Source of the DNA: Gaiellaceae bacterium
Lineage (GTDB): Bacteria; Actinomycetota; Thermoleophilia; Gaiellales; Gaiellaceae
NCBI GenBank assembly: GCA_035941215.1
Contig: DASZEE010000005.1
Coordinates: 1 to 48,623, forward strand
DNA: 48,623 nt
Direction: 5' to 3'
Shown: one piece after another, positions 43,730 through 48,623 of the stretch
Numbering within the stretch: the first letter of the stretch is position 1
Layout: each line of letters opens with the position of its first letter
Translations under genes and position numbers: made by a program
Notes under the pieces: model-generated
What the model was told of the DNA's origin: nothing
Seen by the model: only the letters and a program-made list of their open reading frames with translations
Database searches by the model: none

Positions 43730-44128
43730 GTGCGAGCGCTTCTGAACGTTCTGTGGCTTCTTGTCCTAGAAGGCCTGTTCTTCCTAGCATTCGCACGGCC
43801 GTTAGACCTGCCACTCATTGGCGGCTTCCTCGTCTTCGGATTCCTCTTCAGCCTGCCGGGCGCGCTCGCGTATCTCGTACTACTTGAGGCGCTTCCAAGC
43901 AACTGGCGCCACCGGACGCGCCGCGCGACGGCCGTTCTTCTCAGCCCGCTCGTCCTGGTCGTGATTTGGTGGTTCTTCTACCCCGCCGGCGCCGGAGTCT
44001 TGGTCTTCCTGATCGGGACGACCGCTTACGGCATGACGGTGGCGCTCCCCGGCGAGCAAACTCCATTCGGGAAGATGGGGCGGGGCGTAAGCCGGATGTT
44101 TCGACCGAGATCGTCGGCAACCACCTGA
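43730..44128 (+). CDS. Hypothetical 4-TM membrane protein
   Basis: 132 aa with a GTG start preceded by AAGGGGA (43719-43725). Four hydrophobic helices. Lowest GC sampled in the window (32 of 60 at 43741-43800). Confidence 0.55.
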   Translation: MRALLNVLWLLVLEGLFFLAFARPLDLPLIGGFLVFGFLFSLPGALAYLVLLEALPSNWRHRTRRATAVLLSPLVLVVIWWFFYPAGAGVLVFLIGTTAYGMTVALPGEQTPFGKMGRGVSRMFRPRSSATT

Positions 44129-44142
44129 GTAGCACAGACCAA
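44128..44142 (+). repeat. Right copy of the 15-bp direct repeat AGTAGCACAGACCAA
   Basis: Begins at the last base (44128) of the TGA stop codon (44126-44128) of ORF 43730..44128. Confidence 0.85.
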
Positions 44143-44290
44143 TAGGCCAACGAACCCGGCTACGAGTTCTGTGACATCGACCCTCGGGAACTTTCCGGGT
44201 CGGCGTGGTCTACGCGCTGGTCGCATCAGAGTACGCCCACGCACCGGTTCGCGGCCGGCCCGCGACCTCGGAGACCCGAGTGACGATGAA

Positions 44291-44992
44291 TCAGTCGTCG
44301 TCAATGCGAGACACGGCGGGTGTCGCGAACGGCGTCTCGTCGAGTCGTTCGAGAAGGGTTCGCGGCGAGTCGAAGACCGCAGCGGCGCCGGCCTCCCGAA
44401 GCTCGGACTCCGAATAGCCACCCGTGAGCACGCAGATCGTTGCGATGCCGGCGCGGCGTGCTGCTTCGCAGTCCCAGGGCGTGTCGCCGATCATGATCGC
44501 ATTCGCGGTGCGTGCCCTGGCCAGGGCAGCTCGGACGAGGTCGGGATCGGGCTTCGACGCTTCGACGTCGTCCTTGGTCGTCCAGGCGTCCGCGAGTTCC
44601 CGGGCGTCGAGCTTGTCGTCGACGAAAGCGTCGAAGTGAGACTCGATCGCGGAGCTCGCGAGGACGATCGGATGCCCGACGTCCTTCAGCTGCGCCATCA
44701 ACTCGTACGCGCCGTCGAGGGGCTCGATCTCCGGCAGCAACTGGTCGAACAGCCGCTCCCAGCGCGCGCGGAGCTCGTCGCCTAGCTCCCGTTCGACAAC
44801 GTCGCCGGCAACGGCGGCGACGTACTTCTCGCCGCCCATGCCGACATGCCGGTGCAGGCGCCAGAGGGGCACGACGATGTCGTGTTCGCGAAAGGCGCGA
44901 TACCAGGCGAGCGCATGGTGGTAGTTGGAGTCGACGAGGGTGCCGTCGACGTCGAGAATTGCAGCGTGGCGCCTCGTCGTCACAGACGACAT
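44291..44992 (-). CDS. HAD-superfamily hydrolase (phosphatase, subfamily IA)
   Basis: ATG 44992 (MSSVTTRRHAAILDVDGTLVDS). Motif I DVDGT, motif II LASS, motif III/IV KPDPD..IGDTPWD. Confidence 0.8.
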   Translation of the reverse strand: MSSVTTRRHAAILDVDGTLVDSNYHHALAWYRAFREHDIVVPLWRLHRHVGMGGEKYVAAVAGDVVERELGDELRARWERLFDQLLPEIEPLDGAYELMAQLKDVGHPIVLASSAIESHFDAFVDDKLDARELADAWTTKDDVEASKPDPDLVRAALARARTANAIMIGDTPWDCEAARRAGIATICVLTGGYSESELREAGAAAVFDSPRTLLERLDETPFATPAVSRIDDD

Positions 44993-45050
44993 CGAGTGGT
45001 GACTGGCCAACCCGATCTGTGAAGCCTCGGGAACCCAGAGCGCGGCCTGG

Positions 45051-45575
45051 TCAAGACGTCGCTCCCGACCTTGCCCCACTGACCCCTCCGGCGAATGCCT
45101 GATGGACAGCCTCGGCGCGAAGTTCCTCCACCTCTTCGCGCTGCCGTAGAGCTCGCTCGATTAAGTGGTTCGGCTCGAATGCCCGGAGACGCCGGCCGGG
45201 ATCCGGTACCCGCTTCAAGGTCTCCCAGAGCGCCAGCTTGCCTGCGATGCCAACCGACAGCGCCTCGAGCTCGAGCACGCGACTAAGCGGTGAGTAACCA
45301 CGCAGCTGGCCGTTCAGTTTCAGGCGCCCCACCTTCTCGGCAGCCCACGCGACGAGCTCCTTGGGCTTGGAGCCGGTAAAGCCGAGATCGGCCACCAGCC
45401 GGCGAAGAGTGTCCCTGTCCTCGTCGATCTCGGCAGTCAAGCGTCGCAGAGTGTCACCTGTGCGAGTGCCCGTATTGCTGCGTGCCGCCCGGCGCACGAG
45501 CGCTAACCCTGCGGCCGCAGCAGCGAGGTGGTCAGCGAGATAGATCTCGAGAAACCGATCCGGTGGACGGGCCAT
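45051..45575 (-). CDS. Hypothetical helical protein (YLADHLAAAAAG motif)
   Basis: ATG 45575 lies 10 nt after the stop of the upstream small gene. The track start 45644 would overlap that gene by 59 nt. The sequence is predicted to be mostly helical. No family recognised. Confidence 0.6.
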   Translation of the reverse strand: MARPPDRFLEIYLADHLAAAAAGLALVRRAARSNTGTRTGDTLRRLTAEIDEDRDTLRRLVADLGFTGSKPKELVAWAAEKVGRLKLNGQLRGYSPLSRVLELEALSVGIAGKLALWETLKRVPDPGRRLRAFEPNHLIERALRQREEVEELRAEAVHQAFAGGVSGARSGATS

Positions 45576-45585
45576 CGCCTCCCCT

Positions 45586-45915
45586 TCACCGGGGGTCGGT
45601 CGCCTCGGCGACGCGCCGTGGGATGCCTTCGTTTTTTCTGACAATCGCGTATTCCTCGCCTCGAGAGATGACCTCTTCTACGTCGGGTATCTCGTGGCCC
45701 GGCACGATCGCGAAATCCGCAGGCTCGGCGCGGAGCGCCTCATAATCGCCCGGCTTCATCGAAATTTGTTCGGCGCACGTGCTGTGACCGCACTCGCAGA
45801 CCAACCTGAGCTCATCGGTCAGCGTGGCGAACGTCTCGTTGACCTCCCGAATCCGCTCGTTCGCTTCACGGAAGACCGCTTCGTTTAGCCCAATACGTCG
45901 CTCGCGTTCCTCCAT
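45586..45915 (-). CDS. Small conserved hypothetical protein, CEC..C..PGH family (paralogue 2)
   Basis: 109 aa. NEAVFREANERI, VCECGHSTC, YEALR, FAIVPGHE, YAIVRK. Confidence 0.75.
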   Translation of the reverse strand: MEERERRIGLNEAVFREANERIREVNETFATLTDELRLVCECGHSTCAEQISMKPGDYEALRAEPADFAIVPGHEIPDVEEVISRGEEYAIVRKNEGIPRRVAEATDPR

Positions 45916-45921
45916 AGGGCG

Positions 45922-46296
45922 TCACCTATCCTCGGAAGCAGCCTGGTCAAGGTCTTCAGCTGCGTCTCTCTCGTCGAGCGCCTCTGCGACCTCGCCGGCA
46001 TGGCCGATCTTCTCCACAATGACGTAGCCGTTCCGCTCTTCCACTACGACGCTCACCCCCTGCGCTGCCGTCTGGTGACCGGGCACATTCAAGAAGCGAC
46101 GGGAATCCGAGCGAATCTCCTCGTACTGATCGAGCTCTAGGCGTACAACCTCAGAGCAGGTGGGATCGGCGCACTCGCAGATGAACGGCACTGGCGTGGC
46201 GACGTCGTAGACGCCCGCCGCCGCGCCTATACGCTCATTGGCCGTGCGGAAGGTCGCCTGGTTCCGGGCGATCCGCTCCTCCATCAACCGCTCCAT
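45922..46296 (-). CDS. Small conserved hypothetical protein, CEC..C..PGH family (paralogue 3)
   Basis: 124 aa. NQATFRTANERI, ICECADPTC, YEEIR, FLNVPGHQ, YVIVEK, plus an acidic C-terminal tail. 6-nt gap to paralogue 2. Confidence 0.75.
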   Translation of the reverse strand: MERLMEERIARNQATFRTANERIGAAAGVYDVATPVPFICECADPTCSEVVRLELDQYEEIRSDSRRFLNVPGHQTAAQGVSVVVEERNGYVIVEKIGHAGEVAEALDERDAAEDLDQAASEDR

Positions 46297-46868
46297 TTCC
46301 TGGGCATCTCCCTCCGTGATTCGGCCTAAACCGCCGCCAGCCCCTCTGCACAGATCCCCACTCCCCGCGCGAAACGCCCTAGTCCGTGGGCGGCCTGCTG
46401 GGGGTGCGGCAAGGACTCACGGACCCCAACCTCGGTCGGTGCCGACCCCGCCGCACCGCCGCCGTTCCCCCAGCACAGGCAGTTCTATACGACTGGTTGT
46501 GAGCGGACCGTCCGTCAGCGTATGGATCCCCAAACACGAGAATCGAGCGCCGTTCGCTCCCAGCCGTACAAAGGGCCGAGCTACCACCGGAGCAGAGCTC
46601 CGCGCGGCGTAACGGATAGACGGTTGAGCGCGTTACTCGGTCGGGGCGAGGTGCTGGGCTGCGGTGTGCGGCCGCCTGCGGAAGTACGTCGCCCCCTAAC
46701 CTTTCCCGCATGCCTACCCCGGAGACACTGGCTGACGAGTTCACGTGCGGCGAATGCGGCCGGCGCCCGCTTCTCGGCGAGCGCTGGCACCACACGCGCT
46801 TTCCCGGCATCCCCGTCACCCCTGTCCCGCCAGTTCAAGCCGTTTCCGTATAGCCATACGGGTGGTGA

Positions 46869-46942
46869 TGGGCCCGCCTGGACTCGAACCAGGGACCAAC
46901 CGATTATGAGTCGGCTGCTCTAACCAGCTGAGCTACGGGCCC
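46869..46942 (-). tRNA. tRNA with a CAU anticodon (Met by anticodon; elongator type, tRNA-Ile2/lysidine type possible). No encoded CCA.
   Basis: Reverse complement: GGGCCCGTAGCTCAGCTGGTTAGAGCAGCCGACTCATAATCGGTTGGTCCCTGGTTCGAGTCCAGGCGGGCCCA. Perfect 7-bp acceptor stem, D stem GCTC/GAGC, anticodon stem GCCGA/TCGGT with loop CTCATAA, T arm CCTGG-TTCGAGT-CCAGG. 74 nt. Confidence 0.92.
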
Positions 46943-46963
46943 TCGGCGGACAGCGTAACCGGG

Positions 46964-47878
46964 CTAGGCCAGCGCCTTCTCGTAGGTCGCGTAGCGACGG
47001 GTGACCGCCATGCCCGCTCGCTCGTAGAGCCGCGTCGCGCCCGTCTCGTTCTCCGAGTCGACCTCGAGCCCGACCCGCGTGTGTCCCCGCCGCCGCAGCG
47101 CGACAAAGCCGGACTGGAGCAGCAGGAGCCCGAGACCGGCCCGCCGTGAGGCCGGCCGGACCGCGAGATCGAGCACCCAGCCGAATCCGTCCTTGCCGAA
47201 GCACAGGGCCGCACCCGCGATCTCACCGTTTTCCTCCGCGATCCGCCAGAGCGCGGGGTGGTAGTCGCCGCGCCGGTGACGCCACTTCAGCCAGTCCTCG
47301 AGCGGGCTCGGCGTGAACTCCCAATGCACCGAAAAGGCTTCCTGCTGCATCGCATGGAGGGCCTCGTCGTCCTCGCCGGGCCGGTAGTCCCGGATCGTTA
47401 CTCCCGCCGGCGGGTCGGGCAGGCGAGGCGCCTCGGTCAGCTCGATCTCCATCCGCCAGGAAAACCGGATGGACTCGTGCCCCCGCCGCTCCACCAGCCG
47501 CCGGCCGTCCTCGTTGACGACGTGCACGTGGAGCCGGGGCAGGCCGTGCTCCCGGCCCCAGTGCTCCGCCTGGTCGAGCAGGTGCGACCCGATTCCCAGG
47601 CCGCGGGCTTCGGGATGGACGCAGGACTCGTCGGCGAGGTCAGCGACGTCTCCCTCTCGCCGCGCCGACGCATAGCCGACGATCTCGCCGTCGCGGAGCG
47701 CGATCCACACGTCGGTCTCGAGCCGGGGCTCCTCCATCGCCCACCACTCGCGAAGCTCGTCGCCCGTGAACTCCATCGGGTCGTCCTCGCCGAAGTCGGC
47801 GCGGTCCCTGGCGACGATCAGCGAGGCCACGCCTCCGGCGTCGTCCAGGGTCGGTCGGTGTACGACGACGTCCTCCAC
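46964..47878 (-). CDS. Tandem-GNAT N-acetyltransferase (MshD-like architecture)
   Basis: 304 aa with two GNAT halves, each carrying an acetyl-CoA loop (HPEARGLGIGSHLL and RPASRRAGLGLLLL). Confidence 0.75.
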   Translation of the reverse strand: MEDVVVHRPTLDDAGGVASLIVARDRADFGEDDPMEFTGDELREWWAMEEPRLETDVWIALRDGEIVGYASARREGDVADLADESCVHPEARGLGIGSHLLDQAEHWGREHGLPRLHVHVVNEDGRRLVERRGHESIRFSWRMEIELTEAPRLPDPPAGVTIRDYRPGEDDEALHAMQQEAFSVHWEFTPSPLEDWLKWRHRRGDYHPALWRIAEENGEIAGAALCFGKDGFGWVLDLAVRPASRRAGLGLLLLQSGFVALRRRGHTRVGLEVDSENETGATRLYERAGMAVTRRYATYEKALA

Positions 47879-47937
47879 CTTCGGTGGGCCAGCGTACTCC
47901 CGAGCGCTCCTCGGACCCGTGGATAGGATTGCCGCCC

Positions 47938-48390
47938 ATGAAGGCGTTCCAGGGGGAACGGCGACTGCGCACCGAGGGTGGGCTGTCCGTTCGGGACATC
48001 ACGGACGAGGTGATGGAAGCGGTTCGCGAAAGCGGCGTGCGGAACGGAATCGTCTGCGTCTACTCGCCCCACACGACCTGCTGCGTGCGGGTCAACGAGT
48101 TCGAGAACGGCTTCCTGGAGGACTTCGCGACCCTGCTCCGCCGGCTCGTCCCGAGCGAGGGCTATTACGCCCACGACGACTGGGACCGGCGCACCGAGAA
48201 CATCTGCGAGGAGGACATGGAGCTCGGCAACGGCCACTCGCACTGCATGTCGATGCTGCTCGGCTCGGCGGGCGAGTCGATCCCGGTGCGCGACGGCGAG
48301 CTCCTGCTCGGCACTTGGCAGCGTGTGCTCTTCATCGAGCTCGACCGCGAGCGCGATCGGCGCTGGCTCGTCCAGGTCGTCGGTTCGTAG
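47938..48390 (+). CDS. yjbQ: YjbQ/UPF0047 family protein (secondary thiamine-phosphate synthase enzyme)
   Basis: ATG 47938 (MKAFQGERRL). SPHTTCCVRVNEFE, NGHSHCMSMLLG, LLLGTWQRVLFIELD. Confidence 0.85.
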   Translation: MKAFQGERRLRTEGGLSVRDITDEVMEAVRESGVRNGIVCVYSPHTTCCVRVNEFENGFLEDFATLLRRLVPSEGYYAHDDWDRRTENICEEDMELGNGHSHCMSMLLGSAGESIPVRDGELLLGTWQRVLFIELDRERDRRWLVQVVGS

Positions 48391-48400
48391 ATTCCAGCCC

Positions 48401-48419
48401 GGCATCGGCTTCGCCGATG
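48401..48419 (+). terminator. 8-bp hairpin downstream of yjbQ
   Basis: GCATCGGC, loop ttc, GCCGATGC. Confidence 0.4.
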
Positions 48420-48559
48420 CGCTGGCGACTCGATCTACTCCTGCTGCCAACGGATATGACGCGAGCCGGGTGCCGATTACAAAACCACTGAGCCGGAGCT
48501 AGTGTCTCGTGCGTCGCGACACATGCGCGACGGAGACCACTTCCTAAGGAGGTGCCAGC

Positions 48560-48623
48560 ATGGCGAAGATCCTCATCCTCGCCGGAGACGCGGCGGAGTC
48601 TCTGGAGGTGATGTATCCGTACC
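48560..48623 (+). CDS. DJ-1/PfpI-family protein, first 21 codons only (runs off the right edge)
   Basis: AAGGAGG Shine-Dalgarno 6 nt upstream of the start. MAKILILAGDAAESLEVMYPY matches the usual PfpI N-terminus. Confidence 0.65.
   Translation, partial: MAKILILAGDAAESLEVMYPY

Noticed and set aside
46710-46853. 47-codon ORF with a TCGECG motif as a fourth member of the CEC family
   Set aside because: Only the Cys spacing is vaguely similar. None of the other family motifs (NE..R..NE.I, YE..R, VPGH, Y.VV.K) is present, and there is no ribosome-binding site.
46379-46923. ORFs 46379..46819 (-), 46522..46923 (+) and 46581..46838 (-)
   Set aside because: All are Arg/Ser/Pro-rich, lack a Shine-Dalgarno or any motifs, and one runs into the tRNA gene. 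I treat the region as non-coding (see the finding on 46297-46868).
42841-46942. Idea that the whole segment up to the tRNA is a tRNA-integrated genomic island
   Set aside because: I found no integrase, excisionase or transposase and saw no copy of the tRNA 3' end as an att repeat. Sampled GC of the genes nearest the tRNA (44401-44460, 46021-46080) is normal. Only the 42.8-44.3 kb patch is compositionally deviant.
48500-48545. Bulged 12-bp hairpin (GTCTC..CGTCGCG acacatg CGCGACG GAGAC) upstream of pfpI as a riboswitch
   Set aside because: It is too short and simple for a known riboswitch class. It may be a simple operator or 5'-UTR hairpin, and I have no supporting evidence beyond the inverted repeat.
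1-48623. Scan for rRNA, tmRNA, RNase P (GAGGAAAGTCC-type motif), CRISPR repeats, IS elements and toxin-antitoxin or known defence gene pairs
   Set aside because: None was recognised by eye on either strand. Absence is not proven without covariance-model and HMM searches.

Overview
Gene-dense, high-GC chromosomal window. Hand counts on sampled 60-nt lines give about 40-41 G+C of 60 in typical genes. I support about 50 protein-coding genes, one tRNA (CAU anticodon) and a handful of intergenic hairpins. I did not recognise any rRNA, CRISPR array, transposase, integrase or known defence system. The backbone order pdxS ... pdxT-yebC ... ruvC-ruvA-ruvB ... recJ-rel, together with many GTG starts and 4-nt start/stop overlaps, looks like a deep-branching Actinomycetota-type genome; this is inference only. 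Functional blocks from left to right: (1) 1-7279, a gamma-glutamylation and amino-alcohol / methylated-amine cluster; (2) 7334-11997, a small Cys-motif protein, a DUF59/SufT-like gene, glpX, 2-phosphoglycerate kinase, cyclic 2,3-diphosphoglycerate synthetase and a metallophosphoesterase; (3) hpt, an M23 peptidase and a variant System I ccmE-ccmF; (4) a class III cyclase fused to a P-loop ATPase and TPR repeats; (5) phosphomannomutase, a thioesterase, rel, recJ, ruvCAB, yebC and pdxST, interrupted by plus-strand genes for secreted proteins; (6) an atypical FtsH-like protease with a coupled membrane partner and a divergent M48 protease; (7) a lower-GC patch holding lepB and a repeat-flanked 4-TM ORF; (8) a HAD hydrolase, a helical protein and a tandem pair of small Cys-motif paralogues, followed by the tRNA, a tandem GNAT, yjbQ and the start of pfpI. 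Best candidates for something new, in order: the archaeal-type cDPG operon with a co-translated metallophosphoesterase; the three-member CEC..C..PGH small-protein family and its module; the atypical FtsH / partner / M48 module. Also notable are the CxxxY CcmE without CcmH, an hpt lacking any canonical start codon, and two long, heavily structured intergenic regions between convergent genes. All functional calls rest on motif recognition by eye. No database search was run.
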